64,000 nucleotides of DNA, from NCBI GenBank assembly GCA_965206645.1, contig CBDBKE010000002.1, forward strand, positions 32,001 to 96,000. The letters are read 5' to 3'. The position numbers were made by a program, and so were the translations under genes. Positions 11,286 to 22,000 of the stretch are shown here, piece by piece; the first letter of the stretch is position 1; each line of letters begins with the position of its first letter. Source of the stretch: Terriglobia bacterium. Its GTDB lineage: Bacteria; Acidobacteriota; Terriglobia; JAJPHL01; JAPKYU01. The notes below the pieces were generated by a model, which had not been told where the DNA came from, made no database searches, and worked only from the letters and a program-made list of their open reading frames with translations.

Positions 11286-11564
11286 ATGCCGACAAGGAGT
11301 TACAAGCCGGAGCAGATTGTAGCGGTGCTACGGCAGATAGAAGTGCAGATGGGGAACGGGAAGACTGCGCCCCAAGCCTGCAAAGAAGCTGGAATCCACA
11401 CCCAAACCTACTACCGGTGGCGGAAGGAATACGGCGGGCTGAAGGTGGTGCAGGCAAAACGGCTGAAGGAGTTGGAGAAGGAAAACACGCGGCTGAAGCG
11501 GTTGGTAGCGGAGCTTTCTCTGGAGAAGCAGGTGCTGCGGGATGTGGCACAGGGAAACTTCTGA
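11286..11564 (+). CDS. IS3 transposase OrfA
   Basis: QTYYRWRKEYGG...LKELEKENTRLKRLVA; GGGAAAC at 11552-11558. Confidence 0.92.
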   Translation: MPTRSYKPEQIVAVLRQIEVQMGNGKTAPQACKEAGIHTQTYYRWRKEYGGLKVVQAKRLKELEKENTRLKRLVAELSLEKQVLRDVAQGNF

Positions 11565-12430
11565 GCCCTGAGCGGCGGCGTTGTGCGGTGGAGCGTGCGT
11601 GGGAGCAACACGGGTTGTCGGAACGGCATGCCTGCCGGCTGCTGGGGCAATGGCGAGGGACACAACGATACGAGCCGATTCATCGGGTGGACGAGGATGC
11701 TCTGACCCGAGCGATCATTGCCCTGGGAGCGAAGTACGGGCGATATGGCTACCGGAGGATCACAGCGTTGCTGCGGAGTGCGGGCTGGGAAGTGGGCAAG
11801 GACCGGGTGCAGCGGATTTGGCGGCGGGAAGGGCTGAAAGTGCCGCAAAAACAAAGGCCGCGAGGACGGCTGTGGCTGAACGACGGTTCCTGTGTACGAC
11901 TGAGGCCGGAGCGACCGAACCACGTGTGGAGCTACGACTTCATGAGTGCCAGAACGCACGAGGGGAGAACGCTGCGGCTGCTGACCTTGCTGGATGAGTA
12001 CACGCGGGAATGCCTGGCGATCCGGGTGGAGCGGAGGATGGGCAGCCAACAAATCATTGAGGCGTTGTCGGACGTGATGTTGTGGCGAGGGATACCGGAA
12101 CAGATTCGATCCGACAATGGTCCCGAGTTCATCGCCAAACAACTGCGCCAGTGGTTGGCAAATCTAGGGACCGGGACACTGTACATCGAACCGGGCAGTC
12201 CCTGGGAGAACGGGTACTGCGAGAGTTTCAATGGGAAGCTGCGGGACGAATGCCTGAATGGAGAGATCTTCTACTCGTTGAAGGAGGCACAGGTGGTGAT
12301 TGAACAGTGGAGGGTGCAATACAACACGGTGCGGCCGCACTCGGCGCTCGGCTATAGGCCCCCGGCGCCGGGGGCCTATAGCCCTCCCCTGCCACTGAAA
12401 CCAGTTTCACAGCCCCAGGCTGCGATGTGA
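11552..12430 (+). CDS. IS3 transposase OrfB (DDE)
   Basis: YGYRRI, WSYDF, DEYTRE, RSDNGPEF and PWENGYCESFNG motifs. Confidence 0.92.
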   Translation, partial: GKLLSPERRRCAVERAWEQHGLSERHACRLLGQWRGTQRYEPIHRVDEDALTRAIIALGAKYGRYGYRRITALLRSAGWEVGKDRVQRIWRREGLKVPQKQRPRGRLWLNDGSCVRLRPERPNHVWSYDFMSARTHEGRTLRLLTLLDEYTRECLAIRVERRMGSQQIIEALSDVMLWRGIPEQIRSDNGPEFIAKQLRQWLANLGTGTLYIEPGSPWENGYCESFNGKLRDECLNGEIFYSLKEAQVVIEQWRVQYNTVRPHSALGYRPPAPGAYSPPLPLKPVSQPQAAM

Positions 12431-12610
12431 ACTCTCACTACGGTTGGTACAAAAAATCGGTCTGGTCATTTCCGCCATACTGCTTTAGCAGTTCGTCCCG
12501 ATGGGAATCCAGATACTTGCGCTCTTTTTCCAGGGCTGGCATAGCTCGCACCTCTCTGGGAATAAAACAGACTACCGTAGCAGTATACTGCAAAAGCAAG
12601 CAACTGCTTA

Positions 12611-12735
12611 ATGCGGATTCAGCTTGACGGGCTATGGGCATTCAACTATTGCGAGCAGAAGAACCTCACAGAAGAGATTGGCTCAAGGATTCCTGGCGCT
12701 GACGACGTGTGGTTATGGGTTGCGATAGATGCCGG
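12611..12735 (+). pseudogene. Internal fragment of an IS1-family-like transposase
   Basis: RIQLDGLWAFNYCEQKN...DVWLWVAIDA matches the Q.DE.W.F...K.KN...GD.W.W.AID core; the Glu after Asp is replaced by Gly, and the fragment is truncated on both sides. Confidence 0.7.
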
Positions 12736-12881
12736 ATTCCCGCAGCTTAAAGCAGGCTCGTCGAAAAAAAGTCGCCGGCTCCGCAAGAAGAAGCCGCAGC
12801 GTCGACCCTGTAACTCTTTGAAAGCAAAGCGTGTATGGAAATGCGCAGCGGATCTATGCTAGCCTAGTTTCGGGTTAGCCT

Positions 12882-13208
12882 AGGGGCAGCGAACATCGCA
12901 AGCAATCCCGCCTGAGCGTCAGCATGCAGGCGCTGATCAAAGGCACAGACCGCTTAGGGAGCCCTTTCGATGAAGCCGCCAGCTCGGAGAATATCAGCCG
13001 AGGCGGACTGGCATTTCTCACCAAGCGCGAATTGGAGCCGGGAGCCGAACTCGACATCGTGATTCCCCGGCCGCACATCGGCCCGCGCGAGCAGGCCCCC
13101 TTCTTCACCACAGGAAAGATCATTCGGATTCTGCCGGAAGGCGATGAATTTCGCATCGCCGTCGAGTTTATCGGACCTCAGTTCCGCACGTTTGTAAAAG
13201 AAACGTAG
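12882..13208 (+). CDS. PilZ-domain (c-di-GMP-binding) protein; start uncertain
   Basis: RKQSR (RxxxR) at 12897-12911 and ENISRGG motif; first ATG is at 12924. Confidence 0.75.
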   Translation, partial: RGSEHRKQSRLSVSMQALIKGTDRLGSPFDEAASSENISRGGLAFLTKRELEPGAELDIVIPRPHIGPREQAPFFTTGKIIRILPEGDEFRIAVEFIGPQFRTFVKET

Positions 13209-13338
13209 TCGCATGTCCCCGAAAAGCCCTGTCTCTGAAAACCCCGTTTCTGAAAACGTTGGATCACGCACCTGTAAGACAGAACATCTGGGACGAAGAG
13301 GGGCGCCTGCTACTTCGGGCGAAACAGGAACAGCGCGG

Positions 13339-14226
13339 TTATTCTCCCCTCTCGTACTTCTGGTACGCCTGACGCTTGGAAATGCCTTGTTCCCGGGCCA
13401 CCCTCTTGAGCGCGGCCATCCGGTCCAGCCTTTCCTCTCGCATGATTTGCTCGACGCGCTGACGCAACGGCATCCGAGCCATGGGCCGGGGCTGCTTCTC
13501 TGCGCCGCGGATCAGCAAGGTGATTTCACCCTGCGCCTGACCCCGTTGGTGGAACTGCTCCAGCACTTCCAGGCAGTGCCCCCGTAGGAATTCCTCGTGC
13601 ACTTTGGTTAACTCGCGGGCCACCACGACCTGCCGGTTTCCCAGCACCTGATGGACGTCCTGGAGCGCCTCCAGGATGCGATGCGGAGCCTCGTAAAAGA
13701 TGAGCGTCTTGCGCTCCTCCCCGTACTCCTGGAGCATTTTGCGCCGCTGGATGCCTTTGGCCGGTAGGAAGCCGCCGAAGCGAAAGGCATCGGTCGGCAA
13801 GCCGGAGACCACCAGGGCAGCCACGACGGCGGAGGCCCCCGGAATGGGAATCACCGGGATATGGTGGCGGATACACAGTGCGATGAGCCGGTAGCCGGGG
13901 TCGGAGAGGCCGGGCATGCCGGCGTCGCTCACCAGGGCAACCCGGGCTCCCTGCTCCAGCTCCAGGATCAGTTCCGCTGCCTTGGTCAGCTCATTGTGCT
14001 CGTGGTAGCTGGTGGTGGGTGTGCTCAAGTGGTAGTGTCGAAGCAGCTGCTGCGTCCGGCGGGTGTCCTCACACGCCACCAAGTCCACTTCCTTGAGCGT
14101 TTTCAGAGCCCGCAGCGTGATGTCCTCCAGGTTGCCGATGGGGGTGCCCACGACGTACAGGACTCCCGCGAGCTGCTCGCTCAGCTTGCGTTCAGCTTCC
14201 GGACTCGGTTTGCGTCTCGGCTTCAT
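13339..14226 (-). CDS. rsmI: 16S rRNA (cytidine1402-2'-O)-methyltransferase
   Basis: LYVVGTPIGNLEDIT, ACEDTR, VSDAGMPGLSDPG, FYEAPHR and ARELTK.HEE motifs. Confidence 0.96.
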   Translation of the reverse strand: MKPRRKPSPEAERKLSEQLAGVLYVVGTPIGNLEDITLRALKTLKEVDLVACEDTRRTQQLLRHYHLSTPTTSYHEHNELTKAAELILELEQGARVALVSDAGMPGLSDPGYRLIALCIRHHIPVIPIPGASAVVAALVVSGLPTDAFRFGGFLPAKGIQRRKMLQEYGEERKTLIFYEAPHRILEALQDVHQVLGNRQVVVARELTKVHEEFLRGHCLEVLEQFHQRGQAQGEITLLIRGAEKQPRPMARMPLRQRVEQIMREERLDRMAALKRVAREQGISKRQAYQKYERGE

Positions 14227-14339
14227 TCCACCCACAATGCCTCGCCAGAGTGACACCGACAATCCGCCCGCCTACTGGAATTAGCCGACGGAGCGATCCC
14301 ATGGCTATCATCCTACCTCACGGGCTACCCCGCGGGCCG

Positions 14340-15362
14340 CTAATTGCCGATGTAGCGCGCGTAGAGGCTCCGTGCCACACCGGGATCGGTGGTCCCTTTG
14401 ATGATCGCACGCCCGTCGGGAAACAGCGTCATCTCGTAAGGCGCGACATCGAACTTCAGCACAAACTCGTTGTAACGTACTCGGCCCAGCGGCTTCAGGC
14501 GGGCGCTCAACAGGCCAAAATTCAGGGGGCGCGCTCGCTCGTGGATCTGCACTGAATTGCGGCCACACAGGGTAATGTGGGCACGGCGCTCGCCGGCCAG
14601 GTGGCGGAATTGCCGGCCCCCGCAAACCTGGCAGCCGGCTACCGGCGAGCCCACGCGCAGCGTGCGCACCCGGTTTTCCCATACGTCCACGGTGAACAAG
14701 CGCGCTTCCACCCGCTCCAGCGCTCCGCTCAGCACCTTAAGGGCGTCGGCTACCTGGAGGGAGGCCACAGCAGCCGCTGCGCTGCTGAGGATGCCTGCCG
14801 TCTCGCAAGTTTCTCCGGCGCCCGCGGGAGGCTCTGGGAACAGGCAGGCCAGGCAGGCGGTGCGGCCCGGCAGTACCGGCATCGTCGCGCCGTAGCTGCC
14901 CACTGCAGCCGCGTAGATCCAGGGAACCCCCAGCTTGACGCAGGCGTCATTGATTAAGTAACGGGTCTCAAAATTGTCGGTGCCATCCAGGACGACGTCC
15001 GCTCCTGAGACCAGTTCCTCGACGTTGTCGGGCGTGACGTCAGCCACGCGACCTTCCACGACGACGTCGGAATTGATCCGGCGCAGGTGCCGTTGGGCTG
15101 CAGTCGCCTTGGGCAGCGACTCGAGGGCATCGGCCTCGTCGAACAACATCTGGCGCTGCAAATTGCTGGGTTCCACGAAATCGCGGTCCACCACAGTGAG
15201 GCGGCCCACGCCAGCACGGACCAGGGCATTGGCGCTGAAGCTGCCCAGCGCGCCGCAGCCGACAACCAGCGCGCGCGACTCGTGCAAGCGCCGCTGTCCT
15301 TCGACTCCCAAGCCTGCAAACAACACCTGGCGCGAGTATTTTTCTCCCGCGACATCTGGCAC
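14340..15362 (-). CDS. ThiF/MoeB-family adenylyltransferase
   Basis: YSRQ, VVGCGALG, DRDFVEPSNLQRQ, DGTDNFETR and CLAC motifs; GTG start 6 nt after TATAAT. Confidence 0.92.
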   Translation of the reverse strand: MPDVAGEKYSRQVLFAGLGVEGQRRLHESRALVVGCGALGSFSANALVRAGVGRLTVVDRDFVEPSNLQRQMLFDEADALESLPKATAAQRHLRRINSDVVVEGRVADVTPDNVEELVSGADVVLDGTDNFETRYLINDACVKLGVPWIYAAAVGSYGATMPVLPGRTACLACLFPEPPAGAGETCETAGILSSAAAAVASLQVADALKVLSGALERVEARLFTVDVWENRVRTLRVGSPVAGCQVCGGRQFRHLAGERRAHITLCGRNSVQIHERARPLNFGLLSARLKPLGRVRYNEFVLKFDVAPYEMTLFPDGRAIIKGTTDPGVARSLYARYIGN

Positions 15363-15459
15363 GGGACTATTATACTTCTTGAAGAGACTGCGGGGCCGTC
15401 CCGGCGTTGGCAACGCGGCTGGCCGCATCGTGGTGCGAGTTTCTCCGGCCCAACCAAGA

Positions 15460-18360
15460 ATGGTGCTCCCTTGGATATCAAGGTTGCTCTTCGTCTCCCT
15501 TTTGCTAGCCGGGTCGGTTTTCGCGGACGAACTGCAAGGACTGCCCGTCCGCGAAATCCGCATCGAGACCCAGGCGGCTCTGGACAAGCAGCGCCTACAG
15601 GAATTGCTGGCCATCCAACGCGACGATGTGTACAGCGTGGGTAAGGTCCGCCAGAGCATCCAGCGGCTTTACGCGACCGGGCGTTTTCTCGATATCCAGG
15701 TGGACGCCCAACGGCAGGCGGATGGCCTCACCCTGACCTTCATCACCAGGGAAAACTACTTCGTGGGGGGTGTCTTCGTCGAAGGCGTCCAAGGGCCCCC
15801 GAACCGCGGGCAACTGGTCAACAGCACCAGGTTGCAGTTCGGTGAGCTGTGGACAGAGGGAAAGCACGCGCGGGCCATCCAAGGCCTGCGCCGGTTGCTC
15901 CAAGAGCATGGCTTTTACCAGGCAGGCATCGAGCCTCGGGTGCAATTGCATCCTGAAATCCAGCAGGTGGATCTCCATTTTCAAGTCCAAGCGGGCGAGC
16001 GAGCGCGCATCTCCCAAGTGCAGGTCACGGGCACGCCCCGCTTCCCACCGGAAAAGATCCTGCACGCTGCCAAGCTCAAGCCGGGTCAAGAAGTGACCCC
16101 GGAGCGACTCCAAAAGGCGCTCCGCCGTCTGCGAAAGCACTACAGGAAGAGAAAATACCTGGAAGCGGAAATTGCCATCGTCGAGCGGCGCTACCTTCCC
16201 CAGGAAAACGGGGTGCTGCTGGTGCTGGAAGTCAACGGGGGGCCCCAGGTCGAGGTCAATGTCGTCGGCGCCAAGCTATCTGGCAACAAGCGCCGCGAGC
16301 TGCTTCCCATCTACACCGAGGGCGTCGTAGACGCCGATCTGGTGCGTGAAGGTAAAAACAACTTGCTGGACTTCTACCAGCGCCAGGGCCACTTCGACGT
16401 CAGCGTGGAGGCACATACCCACTCGGAAGCCGGCAGCCCGGAAGCCGGCGGGGAAAAGATGGTGGTGGAATATCACGTCGAGCCCGGTCCCGACCATAAG
16501 GTGGAGCTGCTGGAGATCAGCGGAAATCGTTACTTCGACACGCCGACGCTCCGGGAACGTATGTTTGTGACGGAGAAGGGGCTGATGAGTGACGGCCGCT
16601 TTAGCGGCGATCTGCTGAAAAAGGATGTGATGGCAATCCGGAACCTGTATGTGGCCAACGGGTTCCGCAACGTGCGGGTCACTTCCGGTGTACAGGACGA
16701 CTATCAGGACAAGCAGGGGCACCTCGCTGTCCGGCTTCGTGTGGAAGAAGGTCCGCAGACGCTGGTGCGGAAGCTAACCATCAAGGGCGCCCTGGAAATC
16801 CCCGCCGAGGAGTTGCGAGGCTTGGTGGCCTGCGCCGACGGTCAGCCGTTTAGCGACTTCAATGTCCGGCTGGACCGAGCCAACGTGCTGAGCCAGTACT
16901 TCAACCGTGGCTTCCCCGAGGCCACCTTCAACTGGGAAGTCCAACCGGTCGAGGGCGGACAGGAACAGGTTGACCTGATTTACAAGATTTCCGAGGGGCC
17001 ACGGCAGTACATCGAACAGGTGTTGATCAGCGGACTCGACACCACGCGCAGCTACATTGTGGACCAGCAGCTTTTGCTAAAAGAGGGTGAGCCGCTCAGC
17101 CAATCAGACATCCTGGAGACCCAGCGCCGGCTCTATGACCTGGGCATCTTTGAAAAGGTCGAAATTGCAGTGCAGAACCGGGAGGGAAAGGAGCGATTCA
17201 AGAACGCCCTGGTGCAGGTCGAAGAGGGGGGGCGCTACACTGTATCGGTGGGGGGCGGCGGCGATGTTGCCCGCTTCGGCGCCGCAACCGAGGGGGTGAC
17301 CGATCCAGAAGGGCGAGCCGGCATCAGCCCGCTGGTCTCGTTTGAGGTCACCCGGCTGAATTTTCGCGGCCGCAACCACACGCTCTCGTTCAAGTCGCGC
17401 CTAAGCCGACTTCAGGAGCGCGCCCTGTTCAGTTACACGGCCCCGCGCTTCTGGCACTCACCGCGCCTGACGTTGCTGTTTAGCGGGTTCGTGGAGCGTA
17501 GCTTTGACGTGCTGACATTTGCGTCACCGCGGCTCGAAGGCTCTGTCGCCCTGCAGCAGAAACGGGGTCGCAGCGACACGCTGCTCTATCGCTATAGCTA
17601 CCGCCGGGTGGAGGCCGAGCGTGATACGCTAAAGGTGTCCGTCCAGGATATCCCGCTGTTTGCCCGACCGGTGCGGGTGGGGATGCTGGGCGCCAGCTTC
17701 GTGCGCGACCGCCGCAACGATCCGACGGAGTCCAGACGCGGCAGCTTCCTCACCATGGATGCCGGTTTGTCTTCCTCCCTAGTAGGCAGTGAAGCTAATT
17801 TTGTTCGCTTCCTGGGCCAGTTCAGCACATACCACGCACTGGGACCCAATCTGGTGCTGGCTCGCAACACGCGGTTCGGCGTGGCTGACCCGTTTGGGAA
17901 GTCACGTCAGGTCTTGAACGAACTAGGCGAGCCAGACATCCCATTGCCGGAAAGATTTTTCAGTGGTGGTGGGAATTCACATCGAGGCTTCGGCATCAAC
18001 CAGGCTGGGCCCCGCGACCTCGAGACCGGGTTTCCAATAGGAGGCCGCGCCCTGTTGCTGAACAGCCTGGAGCTGCGCTTTCCCCTCCTGGGCCAGACCA
18101 TCGGCGGCGTCCTCTTCCACGATATGGGGAATGTATTCGCCAGGCTGGACGACATCAGCTTCCGTGTCAAGCAACGCGATCTCACCGATTTCAGCTACAT
18201 GGTGCACGCGGTGGGCACCGGGCTGCGCTACAAAACTCCCATCGGACCGCTGCGCCTGGACTTGGCCTGGAGCATCAACCCTCCGGCCTTTGTGGGATCA
18301 ACGGGCACGGGTCGCCTGAACAATTTCCAGTTCTTTTTCTCGATCGGGCAGACTTTCTGA
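15460..18360 (+). CDS. Omp85-family (TamA/BamA-like) outer-membrane protein with multiple POTRA domains
   Basis: Signal peptide, repeated POTRA motifs (LYATGRF, LYDLGIF), RFFSGGGNSHRGF, GLRYKTPIGPLRLD and terminal SIGQTF. Confidence 0.92.
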   Translation: MVLPWISRLLFVSLLLAGSVFADELQGLPVREIRIETQAALDKQRLQELLAIQRDDVYSVGKVRQSIQRLYATGRFLDIQVDAQRQADGLTLTFITRENYFVGGVFVEGVQGPPNRGQLVNSTRLQFGELWTEGKHARAIQGLRRLLQEHGFYQAGIEPRVQLHPEIQQVDLHFQVQAGERARISQVQVTGTPRFPPEKILHAAKLKPGQEVTPERLQKALRRLRKHYRKRKYLEAEIAIVERRYLPQENGVLLVLEVNGGPQVEVNVVGAKLSGNKRRELLPIYTEGVVDADLVREGKNNLLDFYQRQGHFDVSVEAHTHSEAGSPEAGGEKMVVEYHVEPGPDHKVELLEISGNRYFDTPTLRERMFVTEKGLMSDGRFSGDLLKKDVMAIRNLYVANGFRNVRVTSGVQDDYQDKQGHLAVRLRVEEGPQTLVRKLTIKGALEIPAEELRGLVACADGQPFSDFNVRLDRANVLSQYFNRGFPEATFNWEVQPVEGGQEQVDLIYKISEGPRQYIEQVLISGLDTTRSYIVDQQLLLKEGEPLSQSDILETQRRLYDLGIFEKVEIAVQNREGKERFKNALVQVEEGGRYTVSVGGGGDVARFGAATEGVTDPEGRAGISPLVSFEVTRLNFRGRNHTLSFKSRLSRLQERALFSYTAPRFWHSPRLTLLFSGFVERSFDVLTFASPRLEGSVALQQKRGRSDTLLYRYSYRRVEAERDTLKVSVQDIPLFARPVRVGMLGASFVRDRRNDPTESRRGSFLTMDAGLSSSLVGSEANFVRFLGQFSTYHALGPNLVLARNTRFGVADPFGKSRQVLNELGEPDIPLPERFFSGGGNSHRGFGINQAGPRDLETGFPIGGRALLLNSLELRFPLLGQTIGGVLFHDMGNVFARLDDISFRVKQRDLTDFSYMVHAVGTGLRYKTPIGPLRLDLAWSINPPAFVGSTGTGRLNNFQFFFSIGQTF

Positions 18361-19004
18361 TGAAACGTCGCGCTCTCCCAATGACCCTCCTGCTCCTCAT
18401 CCTGCTGCCGAGCGGAGCGCTTCCGGTCATCGTGGACCGGATCGTGGCCACCCTGGGAGAACGGATCGTCACCCTCAGCGATGTCTGGGAAGACTACCGA
18501 ATCAAGAGCCTGCTGGAACAGCTGCCGGCGGAGCCCCTGGACGACGCTCACATCCGCATCATTGCTGAGCGCCTAGTGGACCAGGCGCTGCTCAAGCAGG
18601 AGATGGAAACCAGCCGCTTCCCGGAGGTCCCGGCAGCCGAGGTGGAAAGACGCATGGCGGAAATTCGGAGGGGCTTCGCCGGCAACGGGACTTTCCAGCG
18701 CGCCCTGCAAGAATATGAGCTGGGAGAAGCGCAGGTCCGCCGGCGTGTCGCTCTCGGGACCCGGATTCTTCGCTTTATTGACTTCCGTTTCCGGCCAGGA
18801 GTGCAGGTGGATGAGGCGGGAATCGAACGTTATTACCGCGAAATGTTGCTGCCGGATTTGCGCGCCCGGCAAGTTCGGGAACTGCCGCGGCTGGCCGAGG
18901 TGAAGCAACGCATCGAGGAGATTCTGGTCGAGCAGCGCATCAACCAGCGCTACTCCAGCTGGATTAAGGATCTGCGGGAGCAGGTGCCCATCCAGTTTCG
19001 ATAA
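18360..19004 (+). CDS. SurA N-terminal-domain chaperone-like protein
   Basis: Signal peptide, VDRIVA...IVTLSD, LVDQALL.QE and WIKDLR motifs; coupled to the upstream stop. Confidence 0.8.
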   Translation: MKRRALPMTLLLLILLPSGALPVIVDRIVATLGERIVTLSDVWEDYRIKSLLEQLPAEPLDDAHIRIIAERLVDQALLKQEMETSRFPEVPAAEVERRMAEIRRGFAGNGTFQRALQEYELGEAQVRRRVALGTRILRFIDFRFRPGVQVDEAGIERYYREMLLPDLRARQVRELPRLAEVKQRIEEILVEQRINQRYSSWIKDLREQVPIQFR

Positions 19005-19010
19005 GCCTTC

Positions 19011-22000
19011 ATGTCTCGACGGGCAAAAATAGGCATCGGCGCCGGCCTGCTCACACTGGCCACGCTAGGCGCAGTGCTGTATCTGCGCAGCGCGCATTTC
19101 CACCGGTACGTGCAGGCCCGCATCGTAAGCCAGATCGAACGCGCCACGGGCGGCCGCGTCGAGCTGGGCAGTTGCCGGGTGAACTTCACTGATCTGCCGT
19201 GGCTTCCACCGCCGGAGAACACCCTTTTTCGCTCCTACCTCCCCGCCTTGCCTGCCTTGGAAGTGAAACTCCAGCGCCTGGTCATTCGGGGCCGGGAGAC
19301 GGACCCAAACCTCCCCCTATTTGTCGCTGATTCCATTTTCATCCGGCTGAAGATTGCTTCCCTGCTCTGGCGGAAAATTGACTGGCGCCTGCTCCGGCTC
19401 GCTCGTCCACGCATCCACCTGGAAGTGGATACTACCGGGCGCTCCAACATTCCAGGGCCTGAACGTCGGCAGGCCACGGCTAAGCCACTGGCGGACAAGG
19501 TCCTGGATCTGGCCATCAAGCACCTGGAAGTAACCGATGGCGAGCTTAGTTGGAACGACCAGCGCCTACCGCTGGAGTTTGCCGCCGAGAACCTGCTTGC
19601 AGACTTCGCATATGAAACGGGCACTGACCTCTACCACGGGCGCATCGCTTTCGCCACGGCACTTTGGGAATCCACCGATGCCAGCAGGGAGGGTGGCCCG
19701 CGCACGTTGGCGGGGCCTCCTTTGCAGGCACACGCGGAGTTGCGCCTGGGTCGCACCGGGATTCAAATTGTGCGGATGAGCTGGGAGACGCCTCGCTCCA
19801 CTTTGTCGCTCAGCGGCCACGTCTTCGCTTCCGCACAGCCGAAAATCCTGCTGAACTACGAAGCCGGCTTGGATGTCGCGGAGATCGCCGCCGTCAGCCG
19901 GGTCAGCGAGCTTCGTAGCGGCCGGCTAGGATTGAAAGGCAGGCTGAGCTACGACGCTACCGGACAGGGGCTTGACTCCTCCGCGGACCTGCGCCTGGAG
20001 CGGCTGGCCGTGGAATCGCCCCCATTCCGGCTGTCCCGAATCCACGGCACAGGCAGGGTGCGGGTCACGCGGGAATTCGTTGAGATTCCCGACCTCCGGC
20101 TGCTCCTGCTGGGAGGAGAACTGGCAGGCAATTTCCGCGCGGATCACCTGCAAGAGCAGCCAAAACTGATCCTGGATGCCCAAGCTCGCGGCCTCAGTGT
20201 TTCTGAGCTGATGCGCTCGCTCACCACCCCACAACGGCCGCTGTCCAAACTTCTGTGGGCCGGCGCGGTGGACGGCGACATCAATGCCCAGTTTCTGTTG
20301 GGCGGCAGTGACGCAACGCCGAACCTGGAGGTGGAATCGAAGTTCTTGGTACGGCCGCCAAGCGCAGCACCGCCAGGGGTGCTGCCCGTTTCCGGCCGGG
20401 GAGAGCTCGCCTATGTTTCGGGCGCCGGACAGTTGGCATTGCGCAACGTTTCCCTCGAAACTCCCGGCTCGCGTATTTCCGCCGAGAGCGTGTGGGCAAC
20501 CGGTCCAAACTCTGAGCACGACCTTCAACTGAACCTTTCCACCACCAGCTCTCGGGAATGGGCACCGCTGATTGCCGTCCGGCTGCCAGCGGAGGCGCCG
20601 ATGGCGCTTGAACTCCAAGGACGGGCGCAACTCCAGGGGACGCTTCGCGGTGCTGCGCTCACGCCCCGCCTGGAGGCGCGTCTGGAGGCGACGGATTTCC
20701 GCTACGGAAAGACGCACTGGACAGGGTTCACCACCAACCTAGCCTACTCCCCCAACTTGCTCCGATTGACCGAAGCGCAGTTGCGGCGGGGTGGCTCCGT
20801 TGTGAGACTGAACTTTACTGCCCAGCTCGCGGAGGGTGGATTCACCGAGGCCAGCATCTTCAACTTGGAGGCAGTGGCGGAAGACGCGGATCTGGCCGAC
20901 TTAGCCGGGCTGACGGGTACACCGTATCCGTTGACGGGACGAGTGTCCGCCACGCTCCGAGCCGAGGGGACCAAGCGCAACCCGCAAGGCAGCGCTTGGG
21001 TGCGGGTCACTAGCGGTACGCTGGCGGGCGAGCCGTTTGATGCCCTGCGGGGCAAGCTGAATTTCGCGCAGGGCGAACTGCGGATCGCTGATATCGAACT
21101 CACAAAAGGCTCGGCCAAGATTACCGGTGAAGCTGAGTATCGCCCAGCCGACGGCAGCTACCAGTTCCAGCTTGGCGGTGCAGGCCTGGCCCTGAACGAA
21201 ATCAGCCTGTTTCGATCCCCTCGCTTCGTCTTAGGCGGCCAAGTGGGATTCCGCGCTTCCGGGGCGGGCGTGCCGGAGCGGCCACGGCTCGAGGCGGCGG
21301 TCGAAGTCTCAGACCTGGAAGTGAATGGGGAACCCGTGGGCCAGCTGACAGCGTCAGCCGAGACGCGCGACGGCCGGCTCGAAGCGCGCCTGAAATCCCA
21401 GCTCGTCCGGAGCAACATCGCTGGAACCATGTCGGTTCAGCTGACCGGCGAATTCCCGGCCCAGGGGCGCGTGGAGTTGACCGGCGTGGACCTGGACCCC
21501 CTGTTCGAAAAGGCCTTCGGTGGTTATCCGACGTCGCACAGTACCACTACAGGCTGGATCAGCATCTCTGGGCCGCTGAAGAAACCGGAGTCGCTGCTGG
21601 TGGCCACCGAAATCCGCGAGCTCCAGGTTGCGCTTGAGCAAGTTGAACTGCGCAACAAAGGACCCCTACGTGCCCCCTTTCGGGACGGGCGAATCCAGAT
21701 TGAGCAGGCCCGCCTGGCGGGCACCCAGACCAACCTCTCTGTGGCAGGCTGGCTGCGTGTGACGGGGCCTCCGGCCACGCGTACCATTGAGCTCCGCGCC
21801 GACGGCGAAATGAACATGGCTCTTCTGCGTACCCTGAACCCGGAGCTGATCGGGTCTGGGAAGCTGCGGCTGGATGCGACAGCCACCGGGACGCTCCAGC
21901 GCCCCCTGCTGAAGGGGCGCGCCCAAATCTACAATGGCGGCATGGCGCTCAGGGGGTTTTCCACCGGTCTCAGCAAAATGGAAGGCTCACTGGCCTTCGA

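Larger units (their letters stand above)
11219..12468 (+). mobile_element. IS3-family insertion sequence (copy B, a distinct element from A)
   Basis: Imperfect inverted repeats TGACC.GACC...TTTTTGTACCAA at both ends; orfA/orfB; no target duplication. Confidence 0.93.
11045..12542 (-). pseudogene. Small (~85 aa) DUF5678-like partner of the protease, interrupted by IS3 copy B
   Basis: MPALEKERKYLDSHRDELLKQYGG (12542-12469) and ILGEEVSGAFDTMEEAL...LGIL (11218-11045) lie on either side of the IS. Confidence 0.7.

Noticed and set aside
14974-15659. Long overlapping N-terminal extensions of the Omp85 and thiF ORFs
   Set aside because: These are antisense read-through; the signal peptide (15460) and TATAAT-6-GTG (15362) define the real starts
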